Shown piece by piece: positions 48,735 through 57,987 of a stretch of DNA of 64,000 nt. A program made the translations under genes and the position numbers. Positions within the stretch are counted from its first letter, which is position 1; the number at the start of each line of letters is the position of its first letter. This stretch comes from Alphaproteobacteria bacterium (GTDB taxonomy: Bacteria; Pseudomonadota; Alphaproteobacteria; Rickettsiales; UBA1997), in assembly GCA_014190355.1 (NCBI GenBank), contig BJGH01000002.1, positions 1,992-65,991 of the forward strand. Direction: 5' to 3'. Under the pieces are notes generated by a model. It was not told the DNA's origin. It saw nothing but the letters and a program-made list of their open reading frames with translations, and did no database searches.

Positions 48735-50066
48735 TTACTCATCAATTTTTGAATTAACGACCTGCTGTTCAGGATCTAAGTACATCGAATCAAATGATTC
48801 CTCTTCAACTTCAATTTGCATTACCTCTCCAAATCCATTAAATTCTGTTCTAATACTTTTTGAATATGCTCCTAGTTGACCAATTTCAACATAATCTCCT
48901 TCAGCAATATTATCAGGTAAATAAAATGGACCTTTCATGCAATCCATTGAATCGCAAGTTGGACCATAGAATCCAAACGCAACTTTTTCACTTTCTAAGG
49001 ATTTGGGATTTTTTAATCGATATGCTTTAGTTGGGTAAATAAAACCTGGAAAACCAGCATCAAATAATCCTCCATAAGTTCCATCATTTATATAAAGCAT
49101 GTTTTTTTTACGAGCTTCAACTCTAACTACCAAAGAAATCGCTTCAGCAACTAAAGCTCTTCCAGGCTCACACCAAATCTCAACATTTTCTGAAAATTTT
49201 GCACTTTTGATTGCTTCAAAAATTTCATCAAAATAACTTTGCATATCCAATGGAACCATTCCAGGATATACCGAAGGAAAACCACCACCAACATCTAGAA
49301 CATCAATCTTAACGCGAGCTTTTTTTATAGTTTCAGTTGCCGTATTTATGGCATGACGATATTCCACTGGATCCATGCATTGCGAACCAACATGAAAACA
49401 AATTCCTAAATTTTTAGCAATTGTTCTAACTTTTCTCAATAATCCCGTTGCTTCAGAAGGTAATATTCCAAATTTACCAGATAAATCGATTGCCGAATTT
49501 GAATTTGAGATTGCAAGACGAACATGAAGATTAAGATCTTTAGCATTTTTAGTTACTTCGAGAATTTTTGACAATTCATCAAACGAATCTAGAGAAAAAT
49601 CACGAACCCCGAAATCAAAGTAAGCTGATTTAATAGCTTCTTTAGCTTTTATCGGATGCATAAAATACATTTTTACTTTTTTTCCAAACAAGCTTGTTAT
49701 TAATTTAACCTCTGAAAGTGAAGCAACATCAAATTTTCTTACTCCAGAATCGAAAAGGTGACTTAAAATAACTGGATCAGAATTGCTTTTGACTGAATAT
49801 AGTACTGACGAAGGATGATTTGGGCAAAGGAAATTTTTTAAGAAAAAATTAGCTGATCTTTTAAGAGCATGAGGACGAATACAATACAAGGGAATACTAG
49901 GTTTAAAATCTATAATAAAATCCTTTATAGTTTTAAATTTTCTCAAACAAGAGTTATCGTTTTTTTTGACCTTGCTAGATTTATTTTTACCGAAGTTTTT
50001 TTTGTTAAAATTTAAATAATAAACTTTCGAGTTTCTAGCTCGATCATATTCTTGCTCTTGTTCCAT
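48735..50066 (-). CDS. PLP-dependent ornithine/lysine decarboxylase (alanine-racemase fold, eukaryote-type ODC family)
   Basis: YSVKSN (PLP Lys), DVGGGFPS, CEPGRALV, GPTCDSMD. The Lys-rich N-terminal extension of about 50 aa is unusual. Confidence 0.85.
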   Translation of the reverse strand: MEQEQEYDRARNSKVYYLNFNKKNFGKNKSSKVKKNDNSCLRKFKTIKDFIIDFKPSIPLYCIRPHALKRSANFFLKNFLCPNHPSSVLYSVKSNSDPVILSHLFDSGVRKFDVASLSEVKLITSLFGKKVKMYFMHPIKAKEAIKSAYFDFGVRDFSLDSFDELSKILEVTKNAKDLNLHVRLAISNSNSAIDLSGKFGILPSEATGLLRKVRTIAKNLGICFHVGSQCMDPVEYRHAINTATETIKKARVKIDVLDVGGGFPSVYPGMVPLDMQSYFDEIFEAIKSAKFSENVEIWCEPGRALVAEAISLVVRVEARKKNMLYINDGTYGGLFDAGFPGFIYPTKAYRLKNPKSLESEKVAFGFYGPTCDSMDCMKGPFYLPDNIAEGDYVEIGQLGAYSKSIRTEFNGFGEVMQIEVEEESFDSMYLDPEQQVVNSKIDE

Positions 50067-50091
50067 TTCTTTTATTTAGGTTAAGTTTAAG

Positions 50092-50122
50092 AAAAAAGAT
50101 TATCTCCTTAAGAAAGATAATC
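50092..50122 (-). terminator. Intrinsic terminator/attenuator-like hairpin between pyrB and the decarboxylase gene
   Basis: GATTATCT (50098-50105) pairs perfectly with AGATAATC (50115-50122) around a 9-nt loop. On the minus strand the stem is followed by T6 (A-run 50092-50097). It ends only about 25 nt upstream of the decarboxylase ATG (50066). Confidence 0.45.
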
Positions 50123-50311
50123 AAAAAAAATAAAAAGGGATCGCAAAAATTAATCAAAAAAAATTAATTGTAAAGGTTTTTTTACTTCAATAATTTTTTG
50201 TCAATTTTATTTTGTTAAATCTTTTAAAATTTTTAAAACATCTTCAGATAAATTTAACTATTCAAAAAAACAAGTATTTTTTTTAAAAGTTTTTTTACAA
50301 ATTAAAATTGT

Positions 50312-51223
50312 TTAATTTTTAGCCAAAAATAATAGCAAAGCTTGACGAACTGCAACACCAGAGCTGACTTGTTCTAGTATCAAGCTGACTTTTTTATCAT
50401 CAGCAAGTTGTGAAGAAATTTCTACATCACGATTGATTGGTCCTGGATGAAGAACTATCGCCTTTGGAGCATATTGTAATTTTTGATGATCTAAGCCATA
50501 AAGTTTGTAATACTCTGCAAGCGAAGGGATATAGCAACCAATCATTCTTTCTTGCTGGATTCTCAGCATCATGATAACATCAACATTACTAATACCAGTT
50601 ATTAAATCTTCATAAACTTCAATATTCCATTTATTTTTTAACCAGATTCGATAATCGCTAGTTATTAATGTTGGTGGAGAAATCAATCTAACTTCGCAGC
50701 CATATTTTTTTAACAATTTAATATTTGATCGAGCAACTCGCGAATGCAGGACATCGCCACAAATTGCTATTTTTAAATTATTTAAAGTTTTTTTATGTTG
50801 ACGAATAACAAAACTATCAAGTAAAGCCTGTGATGGATGCTCATTAGTTCCATCGCCAGCGTTGATTAGTGAGGCATCGATATAATTATTAAGCAAGCTA
50901 ACAATACCACTAGAATTATGACGAATTGCTACAAAGTCTGGTTTCATAGCATTAATTGTTTTTGCAGTATCGATAATTGATTCACCTTTTTTTAAAGACG
51001 AAAGTGAAATATCAACATTTAAAACTTTTCCTCCCAAACGCTTCATTGCAATCTCAAAAGACATTCTTGTTCTTGTTGAATTTTCAAAGAAAAAATTTAT
51101 TAATAATTTATTCTCTAATTTGTTACTATTAAGATCAAAATCTTTGTAAATTAATTGTGCATTGTCCAAGATTTCATTAACCTGATTTATAGTTAATTGA
51201 TCAATTGATATTAAATCTTTCAT
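50312..51223 (-). CDS. pyrB: Aspartate carbamoyltransferase catalytic chain
   Basis: ENSTRTRMSFE, NEHPSQALLD, HPGPINR. The ATG overlaps the upstream ABC ATPase stop (ATGA). Confidence 0.92.
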   Translation of the reverse strand: MKDLISIDQLTINQVNEILDNAQLIYKDFDLNSNKLENKLLINFFFENSTRTRMSFEIAMKRLGGKVLNVDISLSSLKKGESIIDTAKTINAMKPDFVAIRHNSSGIVSLLNNYIDASLINAGDGTNEHPSQALLDSFVIRQHKKTLNNLKIAICGDVLHSRVARSNIKLLKKYGCEVRLISPPTLITSDYRIWLKNKWNIEVYEDLITGISNVDVIMMLRIQQERMIGCYIPSLAEYYKLYGLDHQKLQYAPKAIVLHPGPINRDVEISSQLADDKKVSLILEQVSSGVAVRQALLLFLAKN

Positions 51224-52155
51224 TGTTGTTTTATAAGATGTTTAAATATTTCCTCTAGATCAGGTTGCTTAGTTGAAATATCCTTAATTGGCATCTTGGT
51301 ATTAACGATACAATTAATGATTTTTTCAACTGCTAATTTTTCTGGATCGTAAGTTATAATAACTTCGTCAACACTGTTAAATTTTACCTCAACTTGCTCT
51401 AAATTTGCAAAAATTTCTTGGGGAATTGCTGAATGCGAAGAAATAACAAGTTGTTTATTTGAAAGCAATTTCATCAAGTTAATTTTTTTATCGCAAGCAA
51501 TAACTTTACCTTTGTTTATTACGGCAATTTCATCACATAACTGCTCAGCTTCTTCTAAATAATGCGTAGTTAGCAAAATGGTTGTATTATTTTCAACATT
51601 TAATTTTTTTACATACTGCCAAAGCTGATTTCTTAACTCAACATCAACTCCTGCGGTTGGTTCATCTAAAACTAAAATTTCCGGATTATGAACTAACGCT
51701 TTAGCAACTAAAAGTCTTCTGCGCATTCCTCCTGATAAACTTCTTGGTTTTGCTTTAGCTTTATCTTTTAAACCCAATGCTTCAATGATTTCATCTGTTC
51801 TTCGTAAGGATTTCTTAATGCCAAAATATCCAGCATATATTTCCAAGGTTTCAAAAACATTGAAAAAAGGATCGATTATTAACTCCTGCGGAACAATACC
51901 AATTTTAAATTTCGATGCAACCGGATTTTCGCTAATATCAATTCCCGAAATTTTTACCGTTCCTGATGTTTTATTAACCAATCCAGCCATAATATTGATG
52001 ATCGTTGACTTACCTGCACCATTTGGACCAAGCAAGCCAAAGAAAGACCCTTTTTTAATTTTTAAGTCAATATTTTCTAAAGCAATTTTAGGTGGAGTTT
52101 TAGCGGATTTTTGATAGGTTTTACTGAGACTATCAATCTCAATGGCATAAGTCAT
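51220..52155 (-). CDS. ABC transporter ATP-binding protein, ABC-2/YadG-like
   Basis: Walker A GPNGAGKST, signature LSGGMRRRL, Walker B LVLDEPTAGVD, and colinear with E. coli YadG as I remember it. No permease gene is adjacent. Confidence 0.8.
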   Translation of the reverse strand: MTYAIEIDSLSKTYQKSAKTPPKIALENIDLKIKKGSFFGLLGPNGAGKSTIINIMAGLVNKTSGTVKISGIDISENPVASKFKIGIVPQELIIDPFFNVFETLEIYAGYFGIKKSLRRTDEIIEALGLKDKAKAKPRSLSGGMRRRLLVAKALVHNPEILVLDEPTAGVDVELRNQLWQYVKKLNVENNTTILLTTHYLEEAEQLCDEIAVINKGKVIACDKKINLMKLLSNKQLVISSHSAIPQEIFANLEQVEVKFNSVDEVIITYDPEKLAVEKIINCIVNTKMPIKDISTKQPDLEEIFKHLIKQQ

Positions 52156-52273
52156 ATTATATCAAATAGAATAATAAATAAATGGTTTACAACATTTTTG
52201 AGCAAGTTATTTACCCTTTAATTTTATAAAATTTTAAGCAAAAAAATCACCTTTATTCTTGCTAACTTTATGT

Positions 52274-52597
52274 TTAGCCAATAATTTTTTGTTCCTTAAG
52301 AAATTCTTTCAATTCACCTGATTGAGCCATTTCTTTAACAATATCACAACCTCCGATAAACTCACCTTTGATGTAAAGCTGAGGGATGGTTGGCCAGTCT
52401 GAAAAATCTTTAATGCCTTGACGAATTTCAGGGTCAGACAGAACATTAATATCAAGAAAATTAACCTGATGATTTTTTAAAATCTGAACTACTACCGCAG
52501 AGAATCCACACTGAGGAAAATCTTGCGTTCCTTTCATAAAAAGAACTACCGGATTATTATCAATTGTTTGTTGAATTTTTGAAAAAATATCGTTCAT
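52274..52597 (-). CDS. grxD: Monothiol glutaredoxin (Grx4 family)
   Basis: PVVLFMKGT...PQCGFS active site, [19 protein letters not shown]. Confidence 0.92.
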   Translation of the reverse strand: MNDIFSKIQQTIDNNPVVLFMKGTQDFPQCGFSAVVVQILKNHQVNFLDINVLSDPEIRQGIKDFSDWPTIPQLYIKGEFIGGCDIVKEMAQSGELKEFLKEQKIIG

Positions 52598-52606
52598 AAA
52601 AATCTT

Positions 52607-52837
52607 TTATTGACTTGTTGTCTTGATTTGCAAGGCATGAAGCTGATCTTGCAAAATATCCTTTAAGGCTTGATTAACCATTTTATGTTGCTGAATTAAT
52701 GATTTATTGGCAAAGCATTGATCGATAATTTTAACACTATAATGATCATTATCTCCGACCAAATCAACCAACTCAATTTGAGCGTTGGGAAAAGCTTCTT
52801 GAAGCTTTTTTTGTAATTCACTAAATGCTATTGCCAT
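52607..52837 (-). CDS. bolA: BolA-family protein
   Basis: 76 aa with ...GDNDHYSVKIIDQCF...SLIQQHKMVNQAL, directly upstream of grxD (the usual BolA-Grx pairing). Confidence 0.8.
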   Translation of the reverse strand: MAIAFSELQKKLQEAFPNAQIELVDLVGDNDHYSVKIIDQCFANKSLIQQHKMVNQALKDILQDQLHALQIKTTSQ

Positions 52838-53267
52838 ATTATTTCGATGTTTTGTATTTGCAAATTATTTTAACAAGTCTGATTGGATATTTTAATCCTG
52901 ATTAAAAAAACTTTGTTAATTTGATTTTAAATTTAAAAATTAATAATGATTTTTTAATTTCATCATTAGTGATTTAAGCATTTTATAAATATTGTGATAA
53001 TAATCTTAAAAATAACCCCTTGATATCAATGCTCAACATTTTTTTGGTATTGCTTTGAGGTTTTTTAAATAGCACTTGCTGATTTATTGCTAATTAATTT
53101 AATTTGAGATTTTCAGTAAAAAATAAAATTAGAATGATATTAAAAAATTTAATTTTTTAAGGCTGAATTGGTATTATTTAAATCAATCTAAATTTAATTA
53201 CTTCATTACTAAATTATCAAGTTAATTAAGTTAATTTGATTTTTAAATTTGGGCAATTTCTCCTACT

Positions 53268-53312
53268 AAAAAACCACTTGAAATTAAAAGTTAAACTTAA
53301 AATTTCAAGTGG
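53268..53312 (-). terminator. Rho-independent terminator of pnp
   Basis: Perfect 12-bp stem CCACTTGAAATT (53274-53285) / AATTTCAAGTGG (53301-53312) with a 15-nt loop, followed on the minus strand by T6 (A-run 53268-53273). It lies 78 nt after the pnp stop. Confidence 0.7.
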
Positions 53313-53389
53313 TAAAGAATTTTTTGGATTTCTCAAAACTTATTTATAATTAAATATTTTTGTGAAGTTTTGTGATTTTTAAATAATTA

Positions 53390-55711
53390 TTAATTAAAAA
53401 ATCCACGACGTTTTTTTGATGAATCATCGCGATCTCCACGATCAGAGCGATCTCTTCGATCACCGCGATCACGATCTCTGCGATCACCACGGTCTCTTCT
53501 GTCACCGCGATCACCGCGATCACCACGATCACGACGCTCACCTCTTTCTTCTCTTCCTCCAAACTCTCTTTCATCGACGATTTGGGGTTTGTTGGTAATA
53601 CGATCAGAGATGTCTTCGCCAGTAGCTTGATCAACGCAACGATAGCTTAATTTTGGTCGACCTCTTTTGTCAAAGCCAATAACTTTAACCTTGACAATAT
53701 CACCTTCATTGATTACGTCTTCTACAAAATCAACACGGTAATCGGCAAGTTCTGAAATATGAATGAAACCATCGCGATTGTTAGAAATACTAACAAATGC
53801 CCCTGCATCAATAACTTTCACCACTGGACCTTCATAAATATCGCCAATTTCAGGTTCAAAAGTGATATCTTGAATCATAGAAACCGCTTTTTTGATTGAC
53901 TCTGAATTATTTGAAGAGATTTTAACTACACCGCTATCTTCGATGTCAATTGCACAACCTGAAACTGCACAGATTTCTTTGATTACCGCTCCTCTTGAGC
54001 CAATAACTTCACGAATTTTCTTTTGCGGAATATTTAATGTTTCGATACGAGCAACATTGTTGTTTAGTTCAGAACGTGGAGCGCTCATAACCTCTTCCAT
54101 TTTACCAAGAATATGCATTCTGCCGTGCAAAGCTTGCTCAAGAGCTTTACTCATGATTTCGCTGTTGATGCCATTGATTTTAATATCCATTTGCAAAGCG
54201 GTAATACCATTACGAGTTCCTGCAACTTTAAAATCCATATCACCAAGATGATCTTCATCACCCATGATATCAGATAAAATAACATATTTGTCAGAGTTTT
54301 TAATTAAACCCATAGCAATACCTGCAACAGGAGATTTAATTGGTACACCTGCATCCATCAATGCTAGCGAAGTTCCACAAACAGTAGCCATTGAAGATGA
54401 GCCATTTGATTCGGTGATTTCTGAAACAATACGAGTTGTATAAGAAAATTCTTCAAGAGTAGGATAGACCGGATTAATTGCTCGCCATGCTAATTTGCCA
54501 TGACCAATTTCTCTTCTTCCTGGTGATTTTAATTGTCCTACTTCACCAACACTGTAAGGAGGGAAATTATAATGAAGCATGAATGATTCTTCAGCCATTC
54601 CTGGATCAAGATTTTCAATAAGTTGACGATCTTTTCCACCTGCACCTAAAGTTGCAACAACTAGTGCTTGGGTTTCACCGCGAGTAAATAAGGCACAACC
54701 GTGAACTTGTGGAAGTAAGCCAGTTTCAACGGCGATTTGTCTGATTTGATCAGGCTTTCTGCCATCAATTCTGATACTATTTTGCAAAATATCATTTCTT
54801 ACAATTTCTTGTGACAGTTCTTTGAAAATAGCTTTTAATTTATTGCTATCAATACCATTAGCTTCGTTAAGAAACTTGCTACTAATTTCCTCTTCAATTG
54901 CTTCTAAATCTGCTACACGAGCTTGTTTTTCAAGTTTTTTATAAGCTCTAATTAATTTTTCTTTAATTAAATTAGCAATGTCATTTTTAAGTGATTGATT
55001 ATCAGGTTTTGCAACAACTAATTTTTTCTTAGCACATTGACCTTGTAATTCTTTAATCACTTCAATTATTGGCTGAATTGCTTGATGACCAAAATTAACA
55101 GCATTTAGCATTTCGCTTTCAGACAATTCTTTAGCTTCCGATTCAACCATTAATACTGACGAGCTTGTTCCAGCGACAACTAGATCAAGGCGACTATTTT
55201 TTAATTCTTCATTTGAAGGGTTAAGAACAAATTCATTGTTGATCATTCCAACTCTTACGCCTGCAACGATTTCATCCATTGGAGCTTCAGAAATTGCCAA
55301 GGCAGCTGATGAAGCAATTAAAGCTAGAATATCTGGATTGCAAGATGGATCGTAAGAAAGAACCGTGCAAACAACATTTACTTCATTGTAAAAATTTGCT
55401 GGAAACATTGGACGAATTGGGCGATCAATCAATCGAGCAATAAGGGTTGCAGCATCACTTGGCTTGGTTTCTCTTTTGAAAAATCCGCCAGGAATTTTAC
55501 CAGCTGCGTAAGATTTTTCTAGGTAATTAACAGTAAGAGGGAAAAAATCAGCACCTTCTGCTGCTTTACTTGCAACGGTTACAGCACACAAAACCGTAGT
55601 ATTTCCTTGAGAAACAATAACAGATCCGCTAGCTTGACGGGCAATTTTGCCAGTCTCAATAGTGAGAGGCTTGCCGTTCAACAAGATTTCTTTTTTAACA
55701 ACATTAAACAT
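53390..55711 (-). CDS. pnp: Polyribonucleotide nucleotidyltransferase (PNPase) with a low-complexity Arg/Asp tail
   Basis: Two RNase PH domains (FPPYSVGE, GTRNGITALQMDIK), a KH domain (IGSRGAVIKEI) and an S1 domain (GAFVSI...GFIHISEL), followed by about 54 extra residues. Confidence 0.97.
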   Translation of the reverse strand: MFNVVKKEILLNGKPLTIETGKIARQASGSVIVSQGNTTVLCAVTVASKAAEGADFFPLTVNYLEKSYAAGKIPGGFFKRETKPSDAATLIARLIDRPIRPMFPANFYNEVNVVCTVLSYDPSCNPDILALIASSAALAISEAPMDEIVAGVRVGMINNEFVLNPSNEELKNSRLDLVVAGTSSSVLMVESEAKELSESEMLNAVNFGHQAIQPIIEVIKELQGQCAKKKLVVAKPDNQSLKNDIANLIKEKLIRAYKKLEKQARVADLEAIEEEISSKFLNEANGIDSNKLKAIFKELSQEIVRNDILQNSIRIDGRKPDQIRQIAVETGLLPQVHGCALFTRGETQALVVATLGAGGKDRQLIENLDPGMAEESFMLHYNFPPYSVGEVGQLKSPGRREIGHGKLAWRAINPVYPTLEEFSYTTRIVSEITESNGSSSMATVCGTSLALMDAGVPIKSPVAGIAMGLIKNSDKYVILSDIMGDEDHLGDMDFKVAGTRNGITALQMDIKINGINSEIMSKALEQALHGRMHILGKMEEVMSAPRSELNNNVARIETLNIPQKKIREVIGSRGAVIKEICAVSGCAIDIEDSGVVKISSNNSESIKKAVSMIQDITFEPEIGDIYEGPVVKVIDAGAFVSISNNRDGFIHISELADYRVDFVEDVINEGDIVKVKVIGFDKRGRPKLSYRCVDQATGEDISDRITNKPQIVDEREFGGREERGERRDRGDRGDRGDRRDRGDRRDRDRGDRRDRSDRGDRDDSSKKRRGFFN
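53420..53540 (-). repeat. Imperfect tandem roughly 9-bp repeats (GATCACCGC-like on the plus strand) encoding the RD/RGD-rich C-terminal tail of PNPase
   Basis: The plus strand reads ...cgatcaccgcgatcacgatctctgcgatcaccacggtctcttctgtcaccgcgatcaccgcgatcaccacgatcacgac... This translates on the minus strand to ERRDRGDRGDRGDRRDRGDRRDRDRGDRRDRSDRGDRDD. Confidence 0.85.
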
Positions 55712-55820
55712 AATTTCAGCTTTTAATTAATACAAATGACCACCTCAGACGATGTGATCTCATTTCGCCTTATCAAATAAATACTATAATAATTAAATAT
55801 AAAATTTGATAAGAACTAAA

Positions 55821-56090
55821 TTATTTTCTAATATCTAATTTTTTAATTAGAGTTTCATACTCAGATAAAGATTCTCTTTTAAGATAATCAAGCAATCTTC
55901 TTCTTTTACTAACAAGGATTAATAAACCTCTTCGTGAGGAGTGATCTTTTTTATGAATTTTTAAATGTTCAACTAAACTATCAATTTGTTTAGTCATAAC
56001 TGCACACTGAACCTCGACTGATCCAGTATCATTTTTATTTTTTGCAAATTCAGCAACTATTTCTTTTTTGGTTTTTTTTGAGAACAACAT
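55821..56090 (-). CDS. rpsO: Ribosomal protein S15
   Basis: DTGSVEVQCAVMT..I..L..HLKIHKKDHSSRRGLLILVSKRRRLLDYL. Confidence 0.95.
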   Translation of the reverse strand: MLFSKKTKKEIVAEFAKNKNDTGSVEVQCAVMTKQIDSLVEHLKIHKKDHSSRRGLLILVSKRRRLLDYLKRESLSEYETLIKKLDIRK

Positions 56091-56336
56091 TTTTTTATTT
56101 TTTTAAATTAACAAAAACAAAATATCTAACATTTACATGAAAATATCTTGTACAACCTTAACTTGCAATGTTTTAGACAAAGACTAGAAGAAATTTTTAA
56201 CAATAAATTTGTAGCAAAAACTGCGACTCAAACTTTTGAAATTTACCAATAATTTTGCTATTAACTTTAACAACTTAAAGCATTTCAACACTTAACACAA
56301 AGCCTTCTGTTTAAACTTAATTTATCAGGGCAGGCA

Positions 56337-57044
56337 TTATGAGACATCGTGCAACAACAGCATCGAGCCATCTAAAAAGATAACACCATTATTGACTCTA
56401 GCTTTTAATTCGTCAAGTGAAATTGTTGAGGAACTTAAAAATTTTCCAACTTTTAATCTTTTTAAGTAACTTACATACCCACAAATACCAAGCTCAAGGC
56501 AGATGCTTCTAGCAAGGGATCGAATATAGGTACCTTTTGAACATTCAACGCTTATTTGCGCAAAATCTTTTTCAAAATGTAATAATTTTATTTGATATAT
56601 TTCAATTTGTCTTTTTGGCATTTCAAAATCTTGACCTTGTCTTGCTAAATCATAGGCCCTATTGCCATTAATTTTTATCGCTGAAAACTTAGAGGGAGTT
56701 TGCTCAATTTTGCCAATAAATTTAAATAATGTTTGAGCAAAGTTATTGGCTGTTGTTCTTAATTCACTTGTTTTTTCAACCTTTCCTTCTAAATCATCGG
56801 TATCACGAAATTCTCCAAATTTTATGGTAAAAAGATATTGTTTTTTTGCGCTCATTAAAGCTTCAGCAGTTTTGGTAGCTTTGTTAAGGGCAATTGGTAA
56901 CACTCCACAAGCAAATGGGTCAAGAGTTCCACCGTGGCCTACTTTTTTAGCTTGAGTTATTTTTTTAACAATTGCTACAACTTTTGCCGAAGAATATCCG
57001 ATTGGTTTTTCGACATTAAGCCAACAGTTGTAGTTATTAAGCAT
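56337..57044 (-). CDS. truB: tRNA pseudouridine-55 synthase, short form (235 aa, apparently no PUA domain)
   Basis: KVGHGGTLDP catalytic motif and the conserved truB-rpsO-pnp order. It ends after the catalytic domain. Confidence 0.85.
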   Translation of the reverse strand: MLNNYNCWLNVEKPIGYSSAKVVAIVKKITQAKKVGHGGTLDPFACGVLPIALNKATKTAEALMSAKKQYLFTIKFGEFRDTDDLEGKVEKTSELRTTANNFAQTLFKFIGKIEQTPSKFSAIKINGNRAYDLARQGQDFEMPKRQIEIYQIKLLHFEKDFAQISVECSKGTYIRSLARSICLELGICGYVSYLKRLKVGKFLSSSTISLDELKARVNNGVIFLDGSMLLLHDVS

Positions 57045-57086
57045 TATTTTATAATATGAAATTTAGTATGATTGTATTATGAACTT

Positions 57087-57944
57087 TTACTGATTTAAAA
57101 TAAATTCTTGATATTTATCGTTAATAGCCTTGGTTAAAGTTGGTTTACTATGATTATTATTAAAAATTTTTACATCATTGATTTGACTAACGGGACGAAT
57201 TTTTAAGGTTGAGCTAGTTAAAAAAACTTCGCTAGACTCAGACATTTCTTCAACTCTAAATTTTTTTTCAATAACATTAATTTTGTTTTCTTGAGCAATT
57301 TTAATTATACGATTGCGAGTTACACCACACAAAATATTGTTATCTGCTGGATGAGTAATTAAATTATTTTTTTTATCAACGATAAAAACATTGGCATAAG
57401 TAGCTTCGGTAACAATCCCATTTCTTACAAAAATTGCATCGTCGAAACCAAGATCTTTGGCTTTTTGGTTAGTTAAAGTTGAAGCTAAAAGATTGACTGT
57501 TTTGATATCGCAACGATGCCACCTGATATCATCGGTAGTCATAACTTTAATTCCTTTGGCAAATTCTTCAGGGCTAAAAATTTTTTTTTCACTAACAGTT
57601 GCGTTAATAGTTGGTTCGATATCTTTCGGTAAGCTAGGTTGCCTGTTGGCATGACCTCTCGAAATTTGAAGATAGCAAAAACCTGAGTTTAATTTATTTC
57701 GTCGAAATAATTCAAGCTGGATTTCAATTAAAGAATCGATTGTAAAATTATGGGTAATAGATAATTCATTAAGACTTCGCATCATTCGCACTAAGTGATT
57801 TTGACCATCAACTAATTTATTGTTTTCCAAAAGAGTAACTTCATATGCACCATCAGCAAATTGGAATGCTCGATCCTCAATATGAACTAAGCAATTTTCA
57901 TGTGGTAAATATTTGCCGTTAAGATAGCTGATTCTCTGTGTCAT
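57087..57944 (-). CDS. dat: D-amino-acid (D-alanine) transaminase, class IV aminotransferase
   Basis: EDRAFQFADGAYEV, DIRWHRCDIKTVNLL and EATYANVF closely parallel Bacillus D-amino acid aminotransferase motifs (DRGYQFGDGVYEV, DIRWLRCDIKSLNLL). Confidence 0.8.
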   Translation of the reverse strand: MTQRISYLNGKYLPHENCLVHIEDRAFQFADGAYEVTLLENNKLVDGQNHLVRMMRSLNELSITHNFTIDSLIEIQLELFRRNKLNSGFCYLQISRGHANRQPSLPKDIEPTINATVSEKKIFSPEEFAKGIKVMTTDDIRWHRCDIKTVNLLASTLTNQKAKDLGFDDAIFVRNGIVTEATYANVFIVDKKNNLITHPADNNILCGVTRNRIIKIAQENKINVIEKKFRVEEMSESSEVFLTSSTLKIRPVSQINDVKIFNNNHSKPTLTKAINDKYQEFILNQ

Positions 57945-57987
57945 ATTTAATTTTATTTGGTGGATATTTAAAAGGAAAAATAGCCAA

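Noticed and set aside
53420-53540. Possible CRISPR or other non-coding repeat array
   Set aside because: The repeat units are about 9 bp, contiguous and without spacers, and lie in-frame within pnp. I saw no CRISPR-like repeat-spacer architecture anywhere in the window.
53350-53634. A 94-aa minus-strand ORF and a 60-aa His/Asp-rich plus-strand ORF (53416..53598) over the pnp 3' end
   Set aside because: They are alternative-frame and antisense readings of the tandem repeat that encodes the PNPase RD tail. A repeat stays open in several frames, so these are not independent genes.
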